DNA of 63,208 bases, filler included, from Folioceros fuciformis (Eukaryota): the NCBI GenBank assembly GCA_049999805.1. It is 5 parts of 3 records of this genome, joined end to end, with 100 filler letters (N's around TTAATTAATTAA, not from the genome) between each part and the next. Parts side by side here need not be neighbours in the genome. Positions count along the whole stretch, not along the records: positions 1 to 21,252 come from JBNGIO010005845.1; positions 21,353 to 38,238 come from JBNGIO010005845.1; 3 more parts are not named here. One strand, written 5' to 3'. Made by a program: the position numbers and the translations under genes. Below are positions 12,100 to 24,508 of this stretch, piece by piece (positions within the stretch are counted from its first letter, which is position 1; the number at the start of each line of letters is the position of its first letter). The notes beneath the pieces are model-generated. The model worked only from the letters and a program-made list of their open reading frames with translations. It did not search any database and had not been told where the DNA came from.

Positions 12100-13916
12100 T
12101 CTCCACTCTTGCTCGAGTAAGGAAGCAAGAGGGTTGCAAGTTGACATGGAGAAAGTGAAGATCATTTCAGAGATGGATACACCCGAAAATGTCTAGTAAG
12201 TTTGGGGCTCCATTGGGTTATTTGGGTACTACCATATGTTCATCAAGGATTTTGCCAAGAAAGTTGTAGTGTTGAACCAACTAACCAAGAAGGATGTGCC
12301 TTATGAGTGGTCCCCGAAGAGGGAGGAAGCATTTCAAACTTGAAGAGGAGTTTGGTGGAGGCCCCAACATTGAGGCCACCAGTTTGGAAAAAGACCTTCC
12401 ATGTGTATGTGGATATGTTAGTTTATGCTATAAGAGCCATTCTTAGTCAGCAAGATGAGAAGAAAAGGGACCATCTATCTTTTTATGTAGGAAGGCAGCT
12501 ATCTGACGCGAAGAAGAACTACTCCACAACCAAGAGGGAAGCCTAGGGCATAATTTATACCTACAAGAAGTTATGCCACTATCTCCTAGCTTGTAAGCTG
12601 GTGTTTCATGTTGACCACTTTGCCTTAAAGTACCTTGCGAACAAGTATGACCTTTTTGGGAGGATAGCTAGATGGATACTTTTGTTGCAAGAGCTTGATT
12701 TTGAGGTAGAAACACGAGCAGGAAAGAACCATGTGAACACAAACCTTGTTTCCAGGCTCAAGACAGTCGGGTAGCTCAAGGAAACCGGCAATAGGTTTCC
12801 TAACAAAGAGCTTATTGCATCTGTCAGCACAACAAATGAGGAGGAACTCCTTGGATAGTCTGACCAGGAAGAGCAAAGCACAATGGGAACCAGGCAAGAA
12901 GGCGTAGCAGAAGCTGTGAACCCATCAGGAATGCCACCTCATGAAAGGCAAGAATTGTCGCATGGTCGACTATCAGGAGGACACTTAGTTGAGGAGATCC
13001 AACCAAGGGGTTTGGAGGCTAGAACTTTGACTAGTAGTCCCAGGGGAACCCTTGGAGGTGTTGACAAAAATCAAGGGCCAGTAAAGCCCGTAAGAAGCGA
13101 AACCGTCGAGGCGATAGAGTGGGGAGCCCTTGTGCTAGACAATTGCTGCCAACCGAGGTGAGGAAGTTTCTAGAGTTTGGGACCATGCCGCCTAGACTGA
13201 GTTGTGAAGGTAGGGCAATATTCTTGCACAAGGCAACCCCATTCTGTCTAAAACAAGGAGTGTAGTACAAGTTAGGTCCTGACCGTAAGGTGTACCATCT
13301 ACTTCAACATCCATCACCAGAAGACAACTCCCTACAATGCAAAGGCCAATGGACTGGCTGAGAAGACAAAGGGCCTTTTAGGGACCATCTTGATCAAGGT
13401 GACTGTCACTCATAAGTATGACTGGGACACCAAGCTCCATTCAGCACTTTGGGCCTACTGGACAGCAAAAAAGGTTACCACCAAGAGGACACCTTACTTG
13501 CTGACGTATGGTATGTTACTTGTCTTTTCCATTGAGTTCGAAATTTCCACTCATCGTGTTATGGAGGAAGCTAAATTGCAAGCAAGGGAGAGCTAGGAGG
13601 TTCGGTTGGAGGCTTTCCATCACCTATGGAGAGGATACGGAAGAGGTCTTGGAGGAAGCTAATTGCATGCAGGAACAAAGAAAGCCATCGCGACGACGGT
13701 AGGTTGAGGAAGGAGCCCATCCTACAGGGGCATTTGGTACTATTGCATGAAAATAGGTACATGGACTTTCCATGTAAGTTACAGCTCAGGTGGATGGGTC
13801 CTTAGAGGGTGGAGAAAGTGTTTACAAATGGAACTATCCAGTTGAGAGTGCTGGAGGGCGACCTACTGCCAACAAGGGTAAATGGTTGGCAAGTTAAGTA
13901 GTATTATCAGCCATGA
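12100..13916 (+). mobile_element. Degenerate Ty3/Gypsy pol (RT end, RNase H, integrase) with many stops and frameshifts
   Basis: LKRSLVEAPTLRPPVWKKTFHVYVD, NYSTTKREA, ANGLAEK, WDTKLHSALWAY, RWMGP motifs in Gypsy order. Confidence 0.85.
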
Positions 13917-14334
13917 GAAGGCTGGTTGTTTGCAAGGACACAAGTAGATGGGAAGTGAGGTATGTGAAACACTAAATTTTGGGGCACTGGTTTTGTTTAG
14001 TCAAGAAAGGGTTGGTTGCGGCTTAGCAAGGTTTTTCTTTTTTAGTTTTATTCCCTTTTGATTTTCTCCATTTTTACTATCAGTTGGAGTTGGACTAACT
14101 GACTAGAGGATGGTGGGTAGTGTTGTCACCTGGATGGGAGTAGGTTCGGTACCAAGCCTAAAGGAACTTCGCTCTGGAACTGAACCATAGGTTCCACTTA
14201 ATATTAGGTTCGGGTATAGGTTCAGTTCTTGGGCTCGGTACCGACGTTGATTACGCAACGGTGCAATACATTTGACTTGTGCAATGGCTTGGAGAGTGCA
14301 AAGGCAGCAAACAAGGTTAGCCCTGCTCTAGTTC

Positions 14335-15014
14335 ATGAATGAATGCAATATAGAGGAAGAGGAATTTGAAGCGGCATTAGGAGATGAAGATGCCCTGCAA
14401 GGAATAATCGCAAATTCGCTGATATAGCAGAAGAGCAAAGGGAAGACTAGGGCGGGAGGAAAGAAGAAGAGTGGGACAGTAGAAGAAGAGGCTTCAACTA
14501 GAAGAGTGATTACGAAGGCAGTCCTCACGGACAGCGATAGGGTTGGTAGGGCATTGTACCATAATAATCCTATCAACCTAGTCCAAGAATCAACTCATCA
14601 AAAACACGGTATTCCACATACGAACATGGTCGCCATCAACATGCTTTGCTCAGTAGCCTACCTGACCAAAGATGCTCAAATACGCTTTATTGATGAGTCG
14701 TGGGGAAAAAATATGCTCCAGGAGATCAAAAAAGGGCCTATCCAAGAAGGTGTCTTACCTGAAAGGTGATTGACCTAAAAGAGTGCGCATCAGTTGCTAA
14801 GTTAAATTGCGAGAAGCTCAAGAAGCAAAAGTATATAATTGGAGTCCTCGATGGTAATCATAGCCTCTATGCGTTCCAACAATTATATGCAAAGAACTTG
14901 GAGAACTCTCCCTACCAATACATGAAGGCCCATATATACGTAGGACTAATGCAAGGCAAACTACCTAAGCAATGGAACAAGAAGAGGGCCGGCAAACAAG
15001 GCAAATCTAACTAG
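14335..15014 (+). pseudogene. Frameshifted remnant with ParB/Srx-like motifs, possibly an extra ORF of the Gypsy element
   Basis: QIRFIDESW..MLQEIKKG followed, after a frameshift, by IIGVLDGNHS...KAHIYVGL. Confidence 0.35.
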
Positions 15015-15753
15015 AAGGGACTATTGCGTCTGAGAGGTGCACACTTGGGTACGCTAGTTTTGTTCATAGCCCTCACAAGTCATGCTTCTATTTGTATACG
15101 TTGAGACAAACCGAGGAATACAAGGAGAAGTCATTCCTGATAGCTTCAAAGAACACACAAATGCAGCAAGGAACTGGAAGTGAGTGCAAGACCTGCAGCG
15201 GGAACTAGAGGAGGAGGACAATGATGCAGACAAAAAGTGAAGTACTAGGTGATTACTGGTGATTTGCATGAGAGGATAGCCTACCTCAGCAAGCGGGAGT
15301 ACAAGCTTCTCATACTTGATTTGCCAAGGGGAAACTATGCGAAACCATGGGATAAGGAGCTGACTCCCGAAGACATGGAGAAGATCATGTAAGGCTTTTT
15401 TAAGTCACCGACTATCAAACTTTCCGAGTAGTCTACATGCATGGCCTAAACCGGATGACTGGTGTTCACGAAGGCTTGCAAAAATGGTGTGCAAAGGAAG
15501 GTGTGTATACCATGGTCTAGGAGAAAGACAACGTCGTCGCTGAGGAAGGGCTATATGAGAACTCTAAGTTCATGACAGTAGGATATGGGGTATATCCAAT
15601 GAATGAAGATATTTGGAGAAACAGTACCCTCAGCAACAACACGGTTAAAGAAATTAGAGCGACGATGGGGATCATAAAGCAAAGCGCCATCGTCAAAAAA
15701 CTTCTAGTACCCTATTTTCCTTCTTTCCAAGTAAACAATTAAATAATAAATTT

Positions 15754-18660
15754 TGTTAAACAAGTAGATATTAGTTGTTAGTACATTGCCTATACTCTTA
15801 GGGTTGTACCTTAGGTAGTTAGGGTTATCGTAGCAATTACAACTGCTAATGTCTGAGGACATATGTATAGTAGACCTTATTCTTAAATAACTAACTCTTT
15901 TGTGTGTGCATGTGTGTGGTCTGATCCATGCACTACAATGTTTTCATGGTATCAGAGCAAGGCGATTTTCCTGCCTTGCTCATCCTGATGGCTATTTGAA
16001 ATCGTCTTATATAATTGCCCAAAACATGTTTGCCTAAATGTTTTTATGGCAATTGAACAATATGTGCGCGGTTTGATGCGGTGGAGGCGAGATGCCTCGG
16101 AAGGGCGTCTGCAGGCAGGTGTGGCCAGTCTCTACTAGGAATAGCAAGGCTGGGCATCAATCTACTTCTGAATTGGAAAGTTTTGGAGAAGAATTTGAAC
16201 GAATGTATTTTAAGAAACAAATCTCCGCCAGTCAACCGGAAGAGCGGGTGCGTTTCTTGAAAGCATTTACTGCTTCCTATTATTCAGAACATTCTAGCTC
16301 CAATTCACTTGCCCAATTCAGAAATGTGGACAATTTAGACACCTCCTGCTGCCCAGCAAACTACAACTCACTGAAACAACAATCTGTAGAGTGTAGATCC
16401 TGTAAACCCTACTGTTCACAAGAAGATCTGAAACAATTTGACTCTCTCCTCAATTCTCTCTTAAATGTCAAGTCTTCTGTCTTGGAAACTTCACGAAGAG
16501 TAGACATTTTATCAAACCGCCTTGATCGCCTAGAGAAATTGCGGGAGTCAGAGTGCGTCGCTGCAGTAGGGGCAGAATTAGAAATCAAAGTCATAGGTCA
16601 AAGATTGACGAACTCAGGGAGAAGATGACTTGCCTGAGAACCCCTACTATGTAGTTCTCCTCATCACAGGCATCATGGCGGCAGATCAGTATTCTAACCG
16701 CTTACAGGAAAAAGACAGACTCACCCCTAATAATTTTGATGCCTGGTCTTTTCGGGTGAGGTGTATTCTAGAGGAGAAAATGCTTATGGATGTTGCTGAT
16801 GGCTCGATTCCACGGCGTGTTGCTGGTCAAGACTCTGGCACACTGACTCCTGGAGGAGTTAATAAGAAGCTGTGGACAGCCAAGGATGAGCTTGATTCTC
16901 CAAGGATCGCAAAGCAAGAACGATTCTAGTGGGATCAGTCTCTCATGAGATGATACCACATATCAAATTGACTAAATTCTCACTCACATGAGGTTTGGTC
17001 TTTGCTGAATGACACTTACGAGTCTAAGGATGTCATCTTAGAGGCAGCAGCAACAAGTCATTTTCAGAACCTACGCATGAAAGAAAGTGACTCAGTTGAG
17101 AGTCATGTGGCCAGGTTCAGAGCTGCAAGAGCCAAGTTAGCAGCTTGTGGAGTGATCTTATCTGAAGGGAGGGCAGCTATTTAGTTTCTGATGAGCCTCC
17201 CTCCAAGTTACGAAATTTGGAGCTCGAGTATTCAAGCTGCTGCCATTGTCACTCCAGCAACAACAACCACACCTACAGTAACAAACCTCACAGTTTAGAA
17301 GCTTGTTGGTGCTCTCTTACAAGCAGAGGCCAACAGAAAGCATATGAGCAAAGGAGGTTCAACCTCTACCCATAAACAGAGCGATACATCTCTTTTTACA
17401 GGCCGCGGCAGAAGTCGTGGAAGATTCAGGGGGCGAGGACGTGGAAGCTTTGGAAGAGGTAGAGGACACGCGTCCAACTACGAGTCTTCCAGCTTCAATC
17501 CATCGCAGCCCAGCAAGAAACCTCGTGTGTGCAATTACTGCCACAAGCCAAGTCATTGGGTCAGAGATTGCAGAAAGAAACAAAAAGATGACACTGGAAA
17601 GGGCAAGCAACATGAATCAAATGTTACAAGAGCTGCTACACCAGGACTGCTCGTTACCTGTTTATCTTCAATTTTGAAGGGTAGGAATCAGTGGTTTCTA
17701 GACAGTGGTGCGTCAAATCATATGTGTTCTTCTAGAAATAACTTTGTCAAGTATGTTGTATCTTCTCTCCAGCATGCAGTCGTCTTAGGGGATAATTCAC
17801 ATATACGCATTAAGGGAATGGGATCTGTTATTGTGACTCTGTACAATGGGAAAACATGGGAGTTAGAGAATGTTCTACATGTCCCAGCACTCAAGAAAAA
17901 TTTGGTTAGCACCATGGCCTTAGGTAAGACTGGTCAGTACAGTATTTTGTTTGAAGGACTAGAGTGTGCAATTACCAAGTTGAGTGCCCCTTCAGAAATT
18001 ATTGCTAGAGGTATACCGTTATGTGACCTGTATCTCTTGGATTTTGTCTGAGACCTGCCACAACAAACAGCTCAAGTATCTGAGTTTCCAGTCAGTAGAA
18101 CCAGGTTGCTTTTAGATGGCATTGTAGGTTAGGTCACCCCAATATTCAAGCAATGCGATGTCTTTTGAAGGAGAAGATAGTTACAGGTTTTTCAGAGTCT
18201 GACTTACCAGATCTTGATCTATGTGTCGCTTGCGTTCATGGAAAGCAGTTTAAGTCACACTTTGGTTCTGGGAAACCAAGAAAATCCTCAGAAGTGTTAG
18301 ACTTAGTTCACACTGATATTTGTGGTCCAATGTCGACTCCAAGCTGGGGAGGAGCAAAATACTTTGTTGTTTTCGAAGATGACAAAACGCACTTTACTGT
18401 CACTGAATTGCTAAAGCATAAAAAGCGATGTATTTGATAGTTTTAAGAGGTACCTGGCATATGTTGAACGTCAAACAAGTTATAAACTTAAGTGCATCCG
18501 TTCGGATAATGGGAAGGAGAACCTGTCTACAGCATTCCAGGAGTTTTGTCAAGAACATGGTATTACAAGGCAGCTGACTATTCCCTATCATTCTGACATG
18601 GATGGAAGAGTAGAGCGCTGACATAGAACAATCCAAGATGCTGCAAGGGCTCTGATACCA
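15754..18660 (+). mobile_element. Copia element A, 5' half: LTR (~15754-15946), PBS, leader ORF 16092-16628, disrupted gag-protease-integrase (~16675-18660)
   Basis: TG...CA followed by TGGTATCAGAGC; CNYCHKPSHWVRDC zinc knuckle, WFLDSGASNHM, HTDICGP; several in-frame stops; LTR start approximate. Confidence 0.9.
15947..15958 (+). promoter_or_regulatory. Primer-binding site, tRNA-iMet type
   Basis: TGGTATCAGAGC immediately after LTR-terminal CA. Confidence 0.9.
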
Positions 18661-21252
18661 ACCTCCCACTTAAAGGCCAATTTACCTTCATAGGAGAGTG
18701 GTCTACCTCATGCCCATGAGTGTCCGAGCTTGTGCGAATTGCTCTGTAGAGAGCCCCTTGGTAAGAACATCTGCAGGGTTCTGACTGGTGTGAACTTTGA
18801 CAAGTTGTACCCTCTTGTCTTCTAACACCTCTCGAATGAAGTGATACTTCACTTCCACATGTTTGGTCTTCGCATGAAACACTGGATTCTTCGCCAATTG
18901 GATAGCACTCTAGCTATCACAATACAACACTGGTAGCGCAACCTTGATCCCTAAATCTCCTACTAGACGAGCAAGCTACATGGCTTCCTTGCATGCCTCA
19001 GTCGCTGCAACATACTCGGCCTCTGTGGTAGATAGCGTTATGCATGATTGCAAACAAGATTGCCATGAGACTGCCCCTCCTATGCACATGAAGACGTAAC
19101 CTGATGTGGACCTCCTTTTGTCCATATCCCCTGCATAATCAGCATCCCTATATCCCACGACAGATGCATCTTCACTACCAAAACATAAGCACAAAGCTTT
19201 CATACCATTCAAGTACCTCATAACTCCTTTCACTGCCTCCCAATGCTTCTTGCCAGGGTTTGACATAAACCTGCTAACCACTCCCACTGCAAACGCAATG
19301 TCAGGACGTGTAGCAATCATTGCATACATCAAACTCCCTACAGCTGATGAGTATGGAACCTTCTCCATTTCAACTTTGTCCTCCGCAGAGGTTGGGCAAT
19401 CCTTGCTCGACAGTTTCACATATGGAGGCAACGGAGTACTTAATACCTTTCCCTTCTCCATATTGAAACGTTGAAGCACCTTGTTAATGTATTCAGTCTA
19501 AGACAAGTACAGCAAACGCTTCTGTCTGTCTCGACAAATATGCATGCGAAGAATATGGCTTGCCTCTCCCAAGTCTGTTATGTCAAAGCGACCATTCTAC
19601 TTTGACTTCAACGCTGAAATCTCATCACTGTTAGTCCCAACAATTAGCATATCATCCACATAGAGGACCAGAATGAGCAAGCTTCCATCCTTAGCTTGCT
19701 TCGTATAGAGGAAATGATCCTCATCGCTACGCTTGTAGCCTTGAGAAAGCATAAATGAGTGGAATTTGAAATACCACTCCCTAGGTGCCTGCTTCAAACC
19801 ATAAAGGCTCTTCTTTGACCTGCACACCAGATTCTCTTTGCCCTTCTCAATGAAACTCTCTGGTTGCTGCATGTATACCTCTTCTTGAAGATCACCATGC
19901 AAAAATGCCGATTTCACATCCATCTGGACAAGTTCCATGTCGAGCCTCGCAACCAAACCAAGAACACATCGTAAGGTGGTCATTTTGACAACCGGTGCGA
20001 AAATCTCATCAAAGTCAATACCTTGTTGTTGCTTAAAACCCTTCGCAACCAATCGTGCCTTGTACTTGGGTTTGCCATAATGGGGTATGTCCTTCATCTT
20101 ATACACCCATTTGCATGGCAACGTCTTCTTGCTCTTCGGCAACCGAACCAACTCCCAAGTTTGGTTCTTATGGAGCGAATCCATCTGTGACTGCATTGCC
20201 TTCTCCCACTTGTCCTTGTCAGTCACTAACATGGCCTCTTGGTAACAAGAAGGCTCCCCACAATCCGTCAGCATGACATAATCAAGAGATGCAACATACT
20301 TGTCAGGAGGATGTGAGATCCTTCCTGACCTACGAAGCACTGGCGCCTCGACCGGAGCTGGTTGCCCTCTCTCCTCTTGTACAAGTGGAGGAACTTGTTC
20401 CTGCACATCACGGCGTTCAACCTGCACGGGACGGTCAAATCCATCTTCTTGAAACACCACCCGTTGCACCTCCATAGTTGGAGTAGGCTTCTTGTGCATC
20501 TTGGTCTCATTGAAGAACACGTCATCGCTGCGAACCATCCTCTTGGCTTCTGGATCCCATAGACGATATCCCATCTCACCAGATTCACCATAGCCAAGAA
20601 AAATACATTTCTTGGACTTGGGTGCCAACTTGTCCCAAAACTCTTTCGAAACATGGTAGTATGCCTTGCAGCCAAACACTTGTAGATGCTTGTATAACGG
20701 CTTCTTGCCAGACCACATCTCCTCTGGAACCTGTTCATTCACAGCCCTATTAGGAGATCTGTTAATAAGATGCACTGCCGTAACTACCGCTTCTGCCCAA
20801 AATCCGTTAGGCAATCCAAAGTTTGACAACAAACTACGCATCCTCTCCTGGATGGTCCTGTTCATCCGTTCAGCCACACCATTCTGAGGAGGAGTATACG
20901 GCGCAGTCAATTCTCTCTTGATTCCCATAGAATCACAAGATGAATGGAAAGCCTTCGAGACATACTCTCCCCCATTGTCTGTCCTTAGACACTTCAGTCG
21001 GAGGCTAGACTGATTCTCCACAAGGGTGACGAATTTCTGAAACATTGTCAGAACATCATCCTTTTTCCTCAAAGGATAAACCCACACCTTGCGTGAGAAG
21101 TCATCAATGAAAGTGACAAAATACGATGCACCGCCTAACGATACAGTGGGCATAGGTCCACAAACATCACTTTGAACCAACTCAAGAGGTTTAGTTTTGT
21201 GTTTACCTTTTGCTCCATGTGGTAACTTCGTCTGTTTCCCATACAAACAGTG
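18661..21252 (-). mobile_element. Copia element B (integrase-RT-RNase H-PPT), same family as element C; 3' LTR absent, 5' part lost at the linker
   Basis: ORFs 19597-21246, 18976-19479 and 18703-18897 are nearly identical to the 55298-59266 protein, broken by TAG stops; PPT aagtgggaggt at 18661-18671. Confidence 0.95.
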
Positions 21253-21352
21253 NNNNNNNNNNNNNNNNNNNNNNNNNNNNNNNNNNNNNNNNNNNNTTAA
21301 TTAATTAANNNNNNNNNNNNNNNNNNNNNNNNNNNNNNNNNNNNNNNNNNNN
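21253..21352. other. Artificial scaffold linker (N44-TTAATTAATTAA-N44); identical linkers at 38239-38338, 54791-54890 and 61818-61917
   Basis: Identical six-frame-stop 12-mer centred in 100-nt N blocks four times. Confidence 0.97.
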
Positions 21353-24273
21353 TACATAATGTGCTTAGCCGATTTGGGAGCAGCGCCGAATGTTTGACTA
21401 ACCAGGGTGCTGAATTCAAGGGCGAGTTCCAGGACTTGCCGAATGTTTGACTAACCAGGGTGCTGAATTCAGGGGCGAGTTCTAGGACTTGCTGGATGCT
21501 ACGTGTCAATAGGATCGACTCCAGTCTATGAGCAAGTGTAGGAGAGGAGAAGAGAGAGGGTGGTATTGGTGGTCACAACCAAAAACAATACACATCACCA
21601 CTGCCTTACTATGGAGGTCCGAGGTCTCCATTTAAGTAGTACATTTAGGGCTACACAACTTCCAAGTTCAATATGGGATAATCTACACTATCCTAAGTTC
21701 ATTAATAACTAGAACTAGTTTAGTATGAACCCAACCGGGATAACTAACACCACATGAGTTTAGCTTATATAGAGCTCGATAACTCAACACTGCGCTCATT
21801 GATCATCGACGCACCAGTCGTGATCACCCCCAGGCAGATGGATTGGCCGAAAGGATGGTGCAAACTATCAAACGGGCATTGAGGAAGTTGTGCCTAACCA
21901 AGCCTAAGATAGATTGGGACTTGGCTTTGCCATATATCGCCATGGGCTACAAAATGAGCAGGCATGCATCACTAGCGAACTTCTCACCTTACTTCCTTCT
22001 GTTTGGGAGAGAGCTAGTACCATCTATGGCCATTGCTTGACAGATGCAGGAGGTACTGAGCTTGGATGACCCAGCGGCATGGGCCAAGGCCATTGGAGAG
22101 CGTGCAGCCTTATTCACACAGGTGATGCCAATGGCCATGGCCAACCTCAGGATAGCCTAGCATCGTGATACGCTCAGGTACGCTCACACTAGAAGTGGCA
22201 GATTCCACCCCAAGGTCAGGAAATTTCAGTTAGGGGACTACGTTTACCTGTAGCGGCAAACGCAGGATACATTGGAACCTAGCACCAGCAGACATGTGTT
22301 ACGGGTGCGAGAGGTGCGCAGGAATGGAGTATTGTTGCTGGAAGGATCACATGGGAGGGTCACTACTGATCACATGAAGAATTGCGCCCCTTGTCATCTA
22401 CCCAACTTAGATCTTACGCTGGTCACAGCAAATTGGATCCCTCCAGCTAATTACCCATGTCAAGTGTGCAGACGGATTGATGATCCAGAGCTCATGCTGC
22501 TGTGTGACGGCTGCAATGGAGGTTTTCATTTGCTTTGCCTTCAGCCACCACTGACTGAAGTGTCGAAGAACCTATGGTATTGCCATCTCTGCCGAGCCAA
22601 GGACCACAGGGACCACTGATCTGGGAGCTCAATGGACTCGATTCACTTTTAGCGAGAATTGTCTGCAGTGTTGGCGCCAGGTATCACCACACTGGGGGGG
22701 TGATCAGGACTTGCAAGGGCAACTATTTTGTTTGACGGACTCCCATTTGACTCACGGTCATGTTCTTGACCACTGGACTAGCTAGAAAGTGAGAGCTCAA
22801 AATTTGCCTTCTTTACACAATCCTGCACATTGTTAGTCGACTGATCAAGTTGACACTGTTTAGCATGACAACTGTCAAGCCATATTGATTAATTAGGGTA
22901 CCTAATTAATCAAATAGATATAATTAACCTTATTAGGTAGATAAGGGATAGCCTCATTAGAGCAGGGATAGCTAGGTAGGGAACATGTGACCCATTTAGG
23001 GTTCAGAACTATCATTGTGCAAAATGGTGGAGAGGTTTCGAGCATGGGTGGCATGGCGATGGTGTAGAAGAGGAGGCATGGGGATAACGACCAGGAGCAG
23101 CGTGACAGATAAGTGCTGAACTTCTAGACTCAGTCCCGCAGTTGTTAGAAGTTTTCTCGTTGAGCCTAAGCCTGCGGTCAAGGCAGCTGGCCAAGGAATT
23201 GCTTGTCAATCCACTGCCCAGAATCAGAGTGAAAAATCGTTGATGGGTTGCATTGCAGTGTGAGCATGAGTGATTGGCCATCTTAGCATGCCGCACCGGG
23301 GCTAGGTGAAGAACTTACTACGACTCGCAAACCCAACCGCTGTGCTTGCAGGATCGAGGCCTGGCTCACAAAACCCAGTGCTCACGCAGGCAAGTTCACA
23401 AGTGCTAAGGTGCTCCGTCGTGGGCATTAGCACGTCGTTGGTGGACGCCAAGGTTGGACAGCGAGTTGAAGCACTCAGCTCAAGTGCCAGGGGGATTCCA
23501 GCAAGCTGTGGTGCCCCGTCGCGGGCATCAGGGTATTGTCAGTGCTGGACATTGAGCGGAGGCACCCAGCTCCAGCGCCAGAGGAATCCCAGCAAGCTGA
23601 AGCTGAAGCTGGACACCATGGTAGCGTCGGTGCATGGAGGTGCTGGGCAGCGGGTTGATGGGCAACGACGAACGTGTGTGTGCGTGAGTGTCAGGATCCA
23701 AGAGGGAGGGACTCAGTGAGTGCAAGCTAAGTCTATCCATGAACCCGAACCGACCCAACTGTGTGGAAGGCTCGCTCACGGAGCTGAGGAGGTGACTGTA
23801 TGGTTTGTGATCTGTAGGGGGGGGGGGAGGACACTCAGGTGAAGCCGAATCCAACCAGTGGTGAGCTGGAGCTAAGAAAGGACAGATCATGTATGTGGGA
23901 GCGACGCCTGTATGCAAGCAAGGCCACCGACACCGCGCTCAAGACTGAGAAGCTGAGGATCACGACACTGTGCTTGGGTTTCGATGGGACACTTGGATTG
24001 ATGCGCTGTGACTGACTCGTAGCGGGGTGTCTGGATCGCGAAGTGGTGCCTGAACTGTGACACCGTGCCTGGCTCGTGACGTGGTGCGACTGAATCACGA
24101 AGCTATACCTGGACCTCAACGCTGCGACTGGATCGTGTAACTGAGCCTGGATCGTAGTGTTGACCCGGCCTGGGCAGGCTGTGAGCAAGAGAGGAGACTT
24201 GGGTCACGGACAGGGCTGTGAGGGCAGGAACGAGCTTTGCTGACAGTGTTGGTGGAAGACATCACTGGGATCA
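21353..24273 (+). mobile_element. Ty3/Gypsy 3' part: integrase with C-terminal PHD finger, PPT (22691-22700) and ~1.57-kb 3' LTR (22701-24273)
   Basis: TNQGAEF, HPQADGLAERMVQTIKRAL, FSPYFLLFGR; CQVC-x11-CDGC-x4-HLLC-x14-CHLC; G-tract then TGATC...GATCA termini. Confidence 0.85.
21504..21789 (-). mobile_element. 286-bp solo LTR inserted in the Gypsy integrase
   Basis: TG...CA ends; 5-bp TSD ctacg/ctgcg; removal restores LDATLIDHRRTSRDHPQADG. Confidence 0.85.
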
Positions 24274-24333
24274 GCATCAACACTTGTGAAGTTTTCGTGG
24301 GGACACCGATATATGCAGTAGCGTTTGTTGGAA

Positions 24334-24508
24334 GATCAGGACTTGCAAGGGCTACTATTTTGTTTGATGGACGCCCATTTGACTCACGGTCATGTTCTTG
24401 ACCACTGGATTAGCTAGAAAGTGAGAGCTCATAATTTGCCTTCTTTACACAATCCTGCTGATTGTTAGTTGACTAATCAAGTTGACGCTACTTAGCACGA
24501 CAGTTGTC
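24334..24508 (+). repeat. Second partial copy of the first ~175 bp of the 22701 LTR
   Basis: gatcaggacttgcaaggg...gttgac closely matches 22702-22877. Confidence 0.9.

Noticed and set aside
21297-21308. Palindromic TTAATTAATTAA recurring four times
   Set aside because: Always centred in a 100-nt N block; an artificial six-frame-stop linker, not biology
21385-21490. 53-bp tandem duplication in the Gypsy integrase
   Set aside because: Ordinary decay or a contig-end artefact
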